Shown here: positions 52,389 through 64,000 of the stretch, piece by piece
Layout of the letters: every line of letters starts with the position of its first letter
How positions within the stretch are numbered: the stretch's first letter is position 1
From: Chrysemys picta bellii
Lineage: Eukaryota
Assembly (NCBI RefSeq): GCF_011386835.1
Contig: NC_088810.1
Location: forward strand, 23,746,001 to 23,810,000
Direction of reading: 5' to 3'
Length of the DNA stretch: 64,000 nucleotides
Position numbers and translations under genes: made by a program
The notes under the pieces: model-generated
Seen by the model: the letters and a program-made list of their open reading frames with translations, nothing else
The model's database searches: none
Told to the model about the DNA's origin: nothing

Positions 52389-53757
52389 CTTTCCGAGTCC
52401 TGCCACCCAAATCCCCTGCAGCTTTCAAAACAGCCAGGAACACGGGATCTCATCCCTCCCAACCAGCCCCGCACTGCAGCGAGTGAGGAAAGGAGATTCG
52501 CTCCCCGCCAGTTTCACCCACGCCCCGGTTTTGCCTAACGAGCCATGTGATCTCATTACCGGGGGTGGCTGGCTCTTCACTCGGGTCACTGGGCCCCCAG
52601 GTGGGGATGTGGAATTGACCGGGCTGAGATGCGAGCTGACACTTGGGCGCAGTCTCCGGGGCGGCAGGGCGGGGAGGCCGAGGTCAGCTCGGGCCAGCCA
52701 GTGCTTTCCTCACCCTCCCCACCTCGCTAGTCACCGACCCGCCGTGGGGCTAGCGGACGGGGTCTAACCTGGGCCGTGGGACACCTGGGCTCAGTTCCCT
52801 GGGCTGCCACAGACGCTGTGGGTGACCTTGGACCAGTCTCTGCTCCTGCCGGTGCCTTAATTCCCCATCTGCAAAATGTGGGGTGGGGGGGGTCTCTACA
52901 TCAGAGAGTAAAATCCCTGACTGACTGGGAGGGGCCCGGCTGCCGTGCGGGGAGGCACCAGGAGAGATTCGCGGCCTGTGGCTCTGCCGCTGTCCTTAAG
53001 GCTGTGTGACCCGTAGCCCTGCTAGCCACAAAGTGACCGTCCCCCCCCCGGATCGCTCTGGCTGCGGTTCCCCTTTGGGCCCGTAGAAGGCGTGCTATGC
53101 TGGGGGGGAGCAAGGGCCCAGCCTGTCTCCGATCACAGCCCCGGGCTGCGCGTCCGGAAGCCAGGCTTCGGTTCAGGCCCGGCTTGCCAGCTCGCTGGGG
53201 TCAGAAATGGGCCAAGCTGCCACGGTGCAGGAGGCCACGTGATTTGCCCCGTGTGGCTTCTTCTAGCAAGCACAAGTTCCTGCTCCGTAGGCCGCCTGGA
53301 GCGTCTGCAGACAGGGCAGGATAGCTCGTGTCCCGCTGAGCTGCAAAGTTCCTGGGCCCGAATTAAACCAGACTTGCCCCAGCGTTTCGCTGCAGGCCAG
53401 GTGATTCCCCGCCCCCCCCCCCCCCCCCCCCCCCCCCGGCGCTGAGGCCTGCAGGGAGCTCGTTAGCTGTGGCTGACGGACGAGGCCGTGGTTACCGGCA
53501 AGAGAGCCGGATCTCACTGGCCCGGGGGACTCTCCCAGCACAGAGAGTTCCCAGCAGTCCAGACAGGCAGGCAAGGTCTCCACCATTAGTGCACCGGGGC
53601 TGCCGGATCGGATATGGGGACCCCCTGCTCAAATATCGCCCCAGTCTCCCGGTCTCGCCCCCTCGTGTCACCGGTCCCCAGGGAGGAACGTGGCCCAACA
53701 TGTGATCAAACGGCCCCTATCAAACATCATGGGCTCAGCAGAATTGCTCTGGAAGGC

Positions 53758-53892
53758 CCATCTTGCATCTGAAGAAGTGAGGTTCTTACCCACGAAAGCT
53801 TATGCTCCCAATACTTCTGTTAGTCTCAAAGATGCCACAGGACCCTCTGTTGCTTTTTACAGATTCAGACTAACACGGCGACCCCTCGGATA
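53758..53892 (+). mobile_element. 135-bp PLE-derived module with 11-bp TSD
   Basis: Perfect duplication CTCTGGAAGGC (53747-53757, 53893-53903). The insert begins 7 nt before the hammerhead motif. Confidence 0.9.
53765..53805 (+). ncRNA. Minimal type I hammerhead ribozyme motif (intact)
   Basis: Identical to the 41-nt motifs at 10108 and 50430. Confidence 0.75.
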
Positions 53893-56825
53893 CTCTGGAA
53901 GGCGCAGTTACCCCCAGTTCCCGGGCCCCTGGCAGGCTGGCTGACGGGGGCGGGGCGCCCCGGGGCGGCTGGGCCCTGTTGCCGCCGGTTGCACATCCCT
54001 TGGCTCTGGGAGCAGCAGTGTTTGCTGGGCTGGGTGGCCGCTTTTGTCACTCCTGTTTGCCCAGCCCCACAATAGCGAGCGGCTGTTTGATTAGAAGGTG
54101 GCAGCCGGGTGGATCCCGTGCACCTGAAACGTGAGCTGGGCTCTCCGGTTCTACCACAGGGCAGGATGCGGGGGCTGAGTCATGCCCGGGGCAGGATCGA
54201 GGGCTGGGCCCACAGTAGCTTTTTTTTCTCACCTCTCAGTCACCGGTTTGAAGCCAGCCGAGGCTGGGTAGTGAGCTGAGCTACTTCCTAGGGGTGTCAG
54301 ATCAGAGCCTGGGAAACCCCTTCAAGGATCAGCGTTTCCTAGGTTTTCAGAGCAGAGGGAACCATGAGCCCATGTAACGCACCGCCCCAGCCAGAGCATT
54401 TCACCCGCTCGCCCCGGTCCTCAACTCCTAGCTCTGCCTGGGTCCGGCCTCCAGCAGTGGAAACTCCACCGCAGCCGTGAATCCCCCTGGTGCTTTATTC
54501 CTACATGACTTTTGCCTGGCTTCGCGCTGCCTTCTCTGCTTGGCTAATGGGCCCTTTAGTAGCAGGAAGGCACTTAGAGGCTGTGATCGGCTAAACAGCC
54601 AGACTCCTCGTGTCTCTCACTCTCGACTTGGGGGGCTTGGCGCTGGACAAAGCAGACAGCCCTTGCTCCAGAGAGCTGGCGAGTTCGGTTTCATCCCAGG
54701 CCGGATCTGAGCGACACGGGCCCGGGTAACAAAAGCCACCCGAGCGGTCGAGGCCTCTCACAAAGAGTTGGTGGGTTTCCCCGTACAGGCCCGGCTCCCG
54801 CAGTCCCGTCACTACAGCAGCAGCTGGTGGCTCGTTGTAAAACGATCGAAAACTTTCTAGCTCGAGTCGTCTGCAGAGAGCGGGTGGGAAACGCGACCCT
54901 GAATAGCGCAGAAGCCCCCAGGCGAATAAAGAGAGCCCAGGCTTGTTGTTTAGTGAAATCCCACGAGCGCAGGGTGGGTGACTGGCCTGCAGAGAGAGAG
55001 GCCACCAGACAGACGGTCCGGCCTGGGGCTGGGGAGAGCTCGCCAGGGCGTCACTCATGCGCTACCTGCGCGAGTGTTAAAGAAAGGACGTGGGACTCCA
55101 GTAGCCATCAGCCCTGAAACTCACTAGAGGTGAAACCCCCCAATGCAAAGACTTATGTCCTGCTTCCGCTCAAGCGGCTCCTGACTCCAGGCCCTTGTAC
55201 GGGGCGGGAGGTGCGCCATCGCCTTCACCTCTCCGTGACTCTGAGGCCCTGGGGAGGGAGTGGGCAGGAAATTGCACGCTTGGTTTGCATGCTCCGGGGG
55301 TGGTTTGATTTCTCAGGGATGGAGCGGGAAGCCACAAAAATTGCAATTTGCATCCAAGCTGGGTGTGCTCAGGGGAGTTATGCTGTCGGCGTGCTGGATG
55401 AAATTCACCGCTGGATACGGGGCGGGGGGCAGGGTGGGAGACCCACAGGACCCTGTTTCAGCCCTTCCTGGGGGATCTGCGTGACAGGGAGGAGGAAGCC
55501 GGGGTTTATCAAGGATGCTGGGTGCTCCCGGGGGTTACAGTTCAGCGGGATCCACACAGCACCTTGGCTTTGCAGCTGCGTGAGGGGGCTGGACTCTCAC
55601 GCTGCTCTGCAGGGTGCACGGGGGCATGGGGACAGGTGGCATTGGCGGGCATAGGGAGTGACCCAGTGCAGCAAGTTCTCCTCCATCCGTCCAGTGCCCA
55701 GCGGCGCCCGCTCCGCTCTCACACGGCACGGGGATGGAGGCTGGTGCTGAGTGCAGCGGGAGGGGGACCAGGAAATCAGAAGTGGCCTCAGCTGTGGAGG
55801 TCCCAGCAGGATCTGCTCCCCGCCCAGGGGATGCGCTCGCGTGGCTGGGACAAATCCTGCGGTTTAAATCAGCCCCTGGACACGCGACCAGCTGCCCCCC
55901 ACACGCATGCAGCCAGGGTGGGCCACCGGCCCCCAGCGTCTGCCTCCCACACGCCCGGCGCTCACAGGAGCCTTGCTTAGAGCCCCTGCACTTCCCGACC
56001 CTGCGGAGAGGCGACTGACGGCCCTTGGGAGCGAGACCGCTAGCCACAAACCCACCCCTGCCGTACCGGGGGCCGGCTAAGGGAGAGGGGAGCCTGCGAG
56101 CCAGGGGTTATGGCAGTGGACAGGACGCTCCCCGGCGGCTGGTGGATTGAGACTGGGAGCGCTCTGGGGCAGGGCCTGGCTCTCTCTAGCCCCCGGCTCT
56201 AGCCGCCATGGGGACACCCTTGGCCTCTCTGCTGAGATGTGACCATGAGGGTCAGTTCCCACCTGTCCCCCGTAGGGGCTCGAGTCCCACTCTTCCCTCC
56301 CCCGCCCAGACCCACTTGATTCAGGCCACCAAACTGGCAACAAATCCCCGGCCCGGGCCCCCCAACCCAGGAGCAAAGTCAAGAGAGCTCCATGGGCCCG
56401 TGGTCGTTACCGCCCTGGGCTGGATTTGAACCCGTGGCCTAGAGGCGACAGGCTCTTCTCTTCTGCAAGCAGCAGCACTTGGGGTCTCCGTGCCCCTCTG
56501 CGCGCACGGCTGTTGTGAGAGCAAACAGGAAGGGGACGGCGGCGCTCCGCAGGGAGCCGCTGCACCGGGGGCTAAGAAAACCCAGCCAGGTTATCTTAGC
56601 GGCATAGGCCGGGCCGCACTCAGCCGCCCGCAGCCCGGGGGCTCCTGGCCTCTGCCCGCACCAGGGCGGCTGGGAGGGAAACACTGGGAGGTCAGGACTC
56701 GTGAATTCCCCTGGCGCGGACAGAGGGGATCGCAGGGGGGAAGGGCTGCTGGAGTCCGGGGCAGGGGAAAAGGAGGGTAACCTGCAGCAGGCACATCACC
56801 GGGGCAGATCAACTGCGGCGCAGCC

Positions 56826-56891
56826 ATGGTGTGATGAGCCGTGCGACAATGGTGCGATGAGCCGTGCGACAATGGTGCGATGAGCCGTGCA
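56826..56891. repeat. 23-bp CpG-rich tandem repeat, ~3 copies
   Basis: ATGGTGCGATGAGCCGTGCGACA starting at 56826, 56849 and 56872. Confidence 0.85.
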
Positions 56892-58034
56892 ACTGCAGTG
56901 CTTGTGCATTGCACTCTCCTAAGCGCTTTAACCCACACTAGCTGGCCCAGCCCAGGCCCGCCTGCCCCTGCCCACCACCCACCCACACCCCTTTGCCCGG
57001 TGCAACGAGGTTCCCACGGCAGGCGGGTGAGCGACACCACCTTGCACTAGGGCGTGGGAAGCAGCGAGTGCCCTGGATTCAGCTGCATCCTACCCAGCCT
57101 CCCCCGGGGCTGTTGGGGCGCAGGGGGGCTCCAGCCCAGCCCAAAAGCAAGCACCAGAGAGGGGACCCCAATCAACACGACCCCGGGGTAACCTCCCCGG
57201 GCCGGGCCCTGTCCCCCTCAGCACTCAGGAACTGCATCGGAGAAGCAGAGGGGGCCAGAGGGGGACAGACGGTGCTGGATGAGCAGAGAGAGGAGGCCGC
57301 AGGGCATGAGCCGGCGGGCAGGAGAGGTCCTTGCAGCCGCGGCGGGGAGGTGGTGTGCCGGGGTGGAGAGGGAGGCTGGAGAAGACAGAAGGGGGCTCCC
57401 CGAAAGGAGGGCACTGCAGAGGCGAAGACTCTTGCGCCGAGAGCAGCCAGAGAAGTGGTGGGGTGCTGGAGGGGGTTGAAAACCCAGGCCCCTCCAGGGC
57501 CAAAGCCTGTGGGTCTCTCCGGGGGCTTCCCCACTGCAAACCCCTCCCCCTCCGCCAACGCCCAGCTCCCAGCCTCTCTGGCATCTCGCCCCATGTGCCA
57601 GGGCGCGGTGCCCCCGGGGGGCGGGAGACTCTCACTCCCTGGGCTCCCAGCAGCTCAGAGCCACTGAGGCTGTCAGCCCCCCATGGTGCCCCTGCCCAGT
57701 GCCCTAGAGAACACACGCCCCCCACCCCTGAGAGCAAGGGACGCTCAGGGCCTGGCCTGGCCGCCTCGGCAGAGGAAGGGGCACTAGGCTGGCTGCCAGC
57801 TGTTGGCCAAGGGGCTGAGGGCACCTCCACTGCTTACGGGCCTTAATGCAAACGCAGCAAGGTTCGGGGAGACTCGCCCCACATGCCAGCCTCCCGCACA
57901 GGGCACAGCCAACACCTGGCAGGGACAGAACAGGCTTTGTCTGGTTCCTGGGCATCGGCTGGTCCTGGTGCAGATGGGTCCAGCAGGCCGCCCCCGGGCA
58001 TCGGTTTGTTCTTTGTCGCTGGGTGAGAGCGCGA

Positions 58035-58212
58035 GTGTGCGTGTGTGAGTGTGTCTGCGTGTGTGTGTGTGTGTTCGTGCATGAGTGCGTGTGCATGCGT
58101 GAGTGTGTGCAGGTGTGAGCGTGTGTGTGAGTGTGCGTGTGTGTTTGCGTGCATGTGTGAGTGTGCATGCGTGAGTGTGTGTGCAGGTGTGAGTGTGTGC
58201 GTGAGTACATGT
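58035..58212. repeat. Compound (GT)n/GTGA/GCAT microsatellite
   Basis: Directly visible alternating purine-pyrimidine tract. Confidence 0.9.
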
Positions 58213-59034
58213 GCACCGCTTTGGCAGGGCTATAGCAGGCTCCATTCTCCTGTATGCAACACGCCCCCCCCAGCTACACACAACACCCCATCACCCAGCC
58301 CCTGCACGCAACACCCCAGGGAATCCACAACACACGCCCCACAAAAAGCCTGGGGTGTGGACACACAGAGCCACACACATGAAACACGCCACAGCCACGC
58401 TCGGCTGGAAACGCGGCCCCAGCTGCCCTTTCTCTCCCACGTCCCAGGTCCTGAGCCGGCCGGGGGCTCTGGCGTGTCCCTTGGCTTCGGGCGCTTTGGG
58501 CTGAGCGATGGGTCACGAACGGTCCCTGGAGCGTGGGATGATAAACCCAGCTCGGGCGCTCGCTGCTCCAGGCAGGGGGAGCACATGGCTCACAGCACGG
58601 GCCCGGATGCCTGGGTCCCACTGATAAGGGAGGGGGAGGTGTCTCCTGCGACTCTTACAAATGGTGTCTCACAACAGCGGGGGCTGGTTGGGGGAACCCG
58701 TCACCCTGCCTGCCCCAGTAGGGGGAGCAGTTCCTCCTTTGTTGCCCCCCAACAGATACTCAGAGCCCTCCCCGCCCCCCGGTAGGGTCTACACGGAGCT
58801 GCCTGTAGTCCTCATCTGCCCCGCCAGGGCCATGGAGGGGTGGGGTGTTGCGTGGGGCAGGGGCCCCAGAGAACCAGCCCCCCCTACCCCAGAAAACAGG
58901 GTGACTTGGTAGGGAAATGTGCCCCGCCCTGCCCGATGCATCACGTACTAGGGACCCTGTGTGGGATCCTGGCAAGGTCACCAGCCCCCAGCGCTGAGAC
59001 GGGGCCAGGTGAGCCCAGCCCTGATGGTGGCTTG

Positions 59035-59237
59035 TGTGCTAGATTTCCCCCCGCCCCCCGCCAGTGCTGTGTGCTCAATTCCCCCCCCCCCAGTGCTGGA
59101 TTACACCCCCCCCCCGCCAGTGCTGTGTGCTCAATTCCTCCGCCCCCCAGTGCTGTGTGATGGATTCCTGCCCCCCCAGTGCTGTGTGCTCAATTCCCCC
59201 CCCCCCGGTGCTGTGTGCTGGATTCCCCCCTCCCACC
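59035..59237. repeat. ~28-30-bp C-rich minisatellite, ~6 copies
   Basis: Recurring CCCCCCAGTGCTGTGTGCTCAATTCC. Confidence 0.85.
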
Positions 59238-60124
59238 CCAGCTCGACTCAGTTAGCAGCAGCGCTCGGCGCCGCCCCGGCCTTGTGGTTTCCCTGGCAGA
59301 TTCCAGGGCAGTGACTCAGCCGCCCTGGTCCCGGTGCCAGGAGAGGGGCCGTGCCCAGTCCCCTCGCTCCCTGCACAGCCAGTCCCGCCCCCCCCCCAGC
59401 TCATGACTGCCCCGGTGCTGGAGCCAGAGGCGCCCGTGGGCCATCGGGGCTGGGGGCGAGCGGGTGCCCACGAACACTCCTGGCGGGTAGCGGGTGCAGC
59501 TGCGCCAGGGCCCTGCGGGGGGGGGGGGGGGGGGGGGTTGCTGCTCTGCCAGGCGCTTGCCCGGGGCGGTGATGCCGGCGGGGGCAGGGCCCCTGGTCTG
59601 CAGGGGAAGCGTCTTCCCAGCTCCCCACCAGGCCTGTGCTCTGCTCACAGCAGGGTCTGTCGTGGGGGTATGTGGTTGCGGGGGGGGAGAGGGGGCAGCT
59701 GGGGGTGGGGGGCAGTGTCTGCCCCCCAGGGACAGCTCAGGCCCTGGCTCTCGCCTAGGCAGCCCGTGACTCCCCCCAGTGGAAAATCCCCAGCAGGGCA
59801 GCCGGGCTGTCCCTGGCCCCCGGCCAGCAATGCGGGCGGTGCCGGAACCCGGGGCCAGAAACTGGGGTTGCCGCTCTCGCTGCTGGGCTCTGAGACAGGA
59901 GATCCGGGAGCCCCCCCCCAAATCCTCCCTCGCCAGATTCCCCCCCCCAGCCCCTCCCAGGATTGGATTCCTCCCCCACACGCACACCTGGGCCCGATTT
60001 CTGGCAGCCTCAGCACAGACACCGAGGGCTGCCTCGGGTCCCCTCTTGCTGCCAGGGAGGGGGGCCCTGCAGGGCGGGGCCGAGGTGCACGGGTTGTACT
60101 CATGGGGTGCACAGCTAGATTCAC

Positions 60125-60370
60125 AGGTCGGGAGTGAGGGGCACCGGCAGAGCTGGGGGGGGGGCAGAGCAGGGCTAGCAGGGGCTGCGGGTCGGGAGTG
60201 AGGGGCACTGGCAGAGCTGGGGGGGGAGCAGGGCTGGGCTAGCAGGGGCTGCGGGTCGGGATTGAGGGGCACCGGCAGAGCTGGGGGGAGCCCAGGGCTG
60301 GGCTAGCAGGGGCTGCGGGTCGGGAGTGAGGGGCACCGGCGGAGCTGGGGGCAGGGCTGGGCTAGCAGGG
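60125..60370. repeat. ~58-60-bp G-rich tandem repeat, ~4 copies
   Basis: Recurring GTCGGGAGTGAGGGGCACCGGCAGAGCTGGGGGGGG..GGGCTAGCAGGGGCTGCGG. Confidence 0.85.
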
Positions 60371-60880
60371 GGTGCAGGGCGATTAGCATGGACCCCGCCC
60401 CATGCAGCCCACTCAGGCCCCTGGGGGGAGGCACCATTGTAGTGCTGAGCTCTGGGCTCCAGGCGGGCGGCTGGGGCTGGGGAGACAAAGGCCCCGCTGT
60501 CCCTCCCAGCCGCCTTTTGGGGGGGGATTTTTCCCCGGGGGAGGAGGGCGAAGGCAGGAAAAGCCCTTGGCGTTGGGTGTCTGGGGAGCCAGACACGCAG
60601 GATGGGGGGCACCGGCTGGATCCGGGCGGGGCCACCGGGCCAGATCCCGGAGCACGGGGAGGATTTTGCTGCCCCAGAGCCTCTGGCAGCGAGAGGCCGA
60701 GTCGGGTTCTCCGCGTGCGCCAATGGGATGCACAGGGAAATCCTGCCCCGACCACGGCACCCCCTGCGGGCAGGGCAGGCACCAGCACAGGGGCCGCCGC
60801 AGACCCCCGGCCTTGTGTGCACACGAATCCCCCCCACATCCGCGCTGCAGTGGGCTGCAGACACACGAGGGACCGAATTA

Positions 60881-61490
60881 GGGGCTCAGCAGGGGGCGCT
60901 GCGGGGCCAGAGGGCTCGGTAGGGGGCGTTGCAGGGCCAGGGGGCTCAGTAGGGGGTGCTATGCTGTAGGGCCAGGGGGCTCGGTAGGGGGCGTTGCAGG
61001 GCCAGGGGGCTCGATAGGGGGCGCTATGCTGTGGGACCAGGGGGCTCGGTAGGGGGCACCGTGCCACGGGGCCAGGGGGCTCAGTAGGGGGCGCTATGCC
61101 GTGGGACCAGGGGGCTCGGTAGGGGGCGTTGCGGGGCCAGGGGGCTCGGTAGGGGGCGCTGCGGGACCAGGGGGCTCGGTAGGGGGCGCTGCGGGGCCAG
61201 GGGGCTCGGTAGGGGGCGCTGTGGGACCAGGGGGCTCTGTAGGGGGCGCCGCGGCGCGGGGCCAGAGGGCTCAGTAGGGGGCGTTGCGGGGCCAGGGGGC
61301 TCAGTAGGGGGCGCTATGCTGTGGGACCAGGGGGCTCTGTAGGGGGCGTTGCGGGGCCAGGGGGCTCAGTAGGGGGCGCTGCGGGACCAGGGGGCTCTGT
61401 AGGGGGCGTTGCGGGGCCAGAGGGCTCTGTAGGGGGCGCTGTGGGACCCGGGGGCTCTGTAGGGGGCGCCGTGCTGCGGGGCCAGGGGCC
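60881..61490. repeat. 30-bp (variant 35-bp) G-rich minisatellite, ~19-20 copies
   Basis: Recurring GGGGCTC(G/A/T)GTAGGGGGCGCTGCGGG(G/A)CCAG; some units carry an extra ATGCT. Confidence 0.93.
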
Positions 61491-63035
61491 AGATGAGCTT
61501 TACAGCGGGCGTCCTGCTCATTCCAGGTCTCGGGCCCTGTTCACGGGAGCTGGGTTCGGAACCCCGGTGTCCTGGCCCCCTCCCAGCTCTGCTCACTCCA
61601 TTCTGCCGCCTCAGCCCTGCCTGCAGCATTAGCGCTGAGCCCTGGCCTGGACTCTCCCGCGGTGTTGCTGTGGGCTGTCAAACAGCTGTCCCTGCCCTCC
61701 CCAGAGGTGGCTGCATTGCAGCGGTGAAGAGTAAAACTGATTAACTACAGAGCTGTGGCCGCCCCTTTGCAAAGCCCTTTGTGTTCTCGCTGGGCCTGGG
61801 GGGGCTGCAGAATCGGCCGACCGGTGCCCACTGTCTGCGCAGGGCTCACGCGTCGCCTCTGGGCGCAGATCCTCGCTCGCACCGAATGTCTCTGTGTCAC
61901 TCAGCCGGTGCTTTTCCCAGCTCTGGTTTCACACACCCCGTTCACACGATCGGGGCCGGATCCTCCAGGGGGAGCTGGGGCACTGCCGTCACTGGCAGCA
62001 GGGGGGGGGCATTCCCCCAGGGGGAAGGTAAGAAAATAAAAGGGGGGTGTCCCACCCACACCCCTGGAGCTCTGGCCCCTGATACACCCCCCCCACACCC
62101 CTCCACACACCAGGATCTCTGCACACACACACAACACATACACCAGGATCTCTGCTCCCCCCCCCCCCCCCCACACACACACACACACCCTGGGGCTCTG
62201 CCTGCCAGCTGGGAGTTCCCATTTGCATTGGGCTTTCCTGTCTTTTTTCTTTCAAAGACGCCCCGGAGCGGCCAGATGAGTCACCGGCCCTGCCCTGGGC
62301 ACCTGCCTTCACTTGGCTCTGAGCCGCTTTGCGGGGGGCGGGGGGGGCGAGAGGAGGGAGGGTGTGGCTGTGGCATCTGCCCTCTGTCCGGGGGGCAGCC
62401 CCTCCCTTCCCAGGCACGGACAGAGGGGGGCACAGGGGAGGTGCCCACCAGGCTCTCGTTACCCAGGGTGAAATTGGGGGGGGGGGGTCGTACCAGTGCC
62501 GGGGGGGGGAGCCCTCTGGGTAGGGTTTGCAACAAAGGAACCATCAACCCCACATGGGATTAAAGCAGCAACGGAGCCTGCAAACGTCCCTCGTGTTGCC
62601 CCTCAATCCTTCCCCACAGCCCCCTGCGATCCCGCCCCGCAGCCCCCCATGATCCCGCCCCACAGCCCCCCGCAATCCCACTCTTGCGATCTTGCCCCGC
62701 AGCCCCCCTGTGACCCCGAGGGATTAAAGCTGATCGGCCTGTTTTTCCACGGAGGCCTGAGCCAGGGACAGACTGTCGGGACACCCCGCTCTGCTCCCGG
62801 GGTGAGCTGGGGGCAAATACGTAATGTGGGACCAAGTGAGATTTGAACCCAGCTTGCTGGAGTCCACCACACCGCACCGTACACCCGGGGACAGACGGAT
62901 ACCCGGGAACAGCCAACCCTCCCCTCCCCCAGCGCCAGGCATTTGCCCACCTCCCGGCCCGAGAATCCCTCGCCCCAGCCCAGCAGATGAAGGGCAGACA
63001 GAGACGTTTAATGCCCAGTGCTTGAGGAGAAGGAC

Positions 63036-63690
63036 GAGAAGCTGGATAGGAGTCAGCAGTGTGCCCTGCCTTGTTGCCAGGAAGGCTAACGGCATATTGG
63101 GCTGTATTAGTAGGAGCATTGCCAGCAGATCGAGGGAAGTGATTATTCCCCTCTATTCGGCACTGGTGAGGCCACACCTGGAGTATTGCATCCAGTTTTG
63201 TTCCCCCCACTACAGAAAGGATGTGGACAAATTGGAGAGAGTCCAGCGGAGGGCAACAAAAATGATTAGGGGTCTGGAGCACATGACTTACGAGGAGAGG
63301 CTGAGGGAACTGGGGTTATTTACTCTGCAGAAGAGAAGAATGAGGGGGGATTTGATAGCTGCTTTCAGCTACCTGAAGGGGGGTTCCAAAGAGGATGGAG
63401 CTCGGCTGTTCTCAGTGGTGGCAGATGACAGAACAAGGAGCAATGGTCTCAAGTTGCAGTGGGGGAGGTCCAGGTTGGATATTAGGAAACACTATTTCAC
63501 TAGGAGGGTGATGAAACACTGGAATGGGTTACCTAGGGAGGTGGTGGAGTCTCCTTCCTTGGAGGTTTTTAAGGCCCGGCTTGACAAAGCCCTGGCTGGG
63601 ATGATTTAGTTGGGAATTGGTCCTGCTTTGAGCAGGGGGTTGGACTAGATACCTCCTGAGGTCCCTTTCAACCCTGAGATTCTATGGTTC
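63036..63690 (+). mobile_element. Young CR1 LINE 3' fragment with open ORF2 C-terminus
   Basis: [87 protein letters not shown] (stop 63607-63609), followed by the CR1 3' UTR and ATTCTATG tail. Confidence 0.96.
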
Positions 63691-64000
63691 CCAGGGACCC
63701 AGGCCTGACCGGCATCAGGGCAGCGACTCCTCCCTGTGCAGCAGGTTCCTCTGTGTTGCTTGCTCCTCAGACGCACTGGGAAATGATCCCACTGCCCCCC
63801 CCCCCCGAGAGACCGCCCCCCCAGAGCCACAGGGGCTGCTGCCTGTCAGCCACTGGGCCCAGGGCAGCAAGCCTCCAGGCCCCTGCTCCCCCTGCAGCCA
63901 TGCGGGGGCTCGTTTGTCGGTGTCTCGCCCCCCCAGAACACCAGGCCCAGCAGGAATATAAGGGGGGGCTGCCCCGTACTGGGACAGGAGAGGCCATGGG

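Noticed and set aside
56826-56891. Hammerhead-like motif because of TGATGAG
   Set aside because: No CUGANGA with a following stem and GAAA; it is a simple 23-bp tandem repeat.
59316-61632. Long Pro/Gly/Ala-rich ORFs (318, 267, 254 and 229 aa)
   Set aside because: Generated by G-rich minisatellites that lack stop codons.
62824-63609. 261-aa host protein
   Set aside because: The C-terminal ~190 aa are CR1 ORF2; the N-terminal part is chance open frame upstream of the 5' truncation, starting at GTG.
52400-64000. S100A16 or S100A14 exons
   Set aside because: No EF-hand-like translation with splice sites seen on either strand; those genes probably lie beyond the window.

Overview
Vertebrate genomic DNA, most likely a turtle (judged from tortoise-type tRNA/CR1 SINEs and the CR1, Harbinger, hAT and Penelope repeat complement). 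The window covers part of the S100A cluster that flanks the epidermal differentiation complex. Seven intact S100 genes, all on the minus strand, were rebuilt by hand from splice signals, each with two phase-0 coding exons. From left to right: a calgranulin/psoriasin-clade S100 with a (Gly-His)4 tail, S100A6, S100A5, S100A4, S100A3-like, S100A2-like, and an extra S100A4-like paralog. The A6-A5-A4-A3-A2 order and strand match the mammalian cluster. The rest is repeat-rich: a four-level transposon nest (CR1 > Harbinger > solo LTR > Penelope, plus a hAT MITE), hAT MITEs, a second solo LTR, CR1 3' fragments, SINEs, minisatellites and a 132-N gap. Best leads: (1) six minimal type I hammerhead ribozyme motifs in young, TSD-flanked Penelope-derived modules, two of them in a 145-nt tandem; (2) a 40-codon His/Cys/Gly in-frame continuation behind the stop codon of the His-tailed S100; (3) complementary halves of the S100A3 (Cys)3His zinc site split between the A3-like and A2-like proteins; (4) the extra S100A4-like gene. 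All calls come from manual reading and recalled protein sequences; no searches or folding programs were run.
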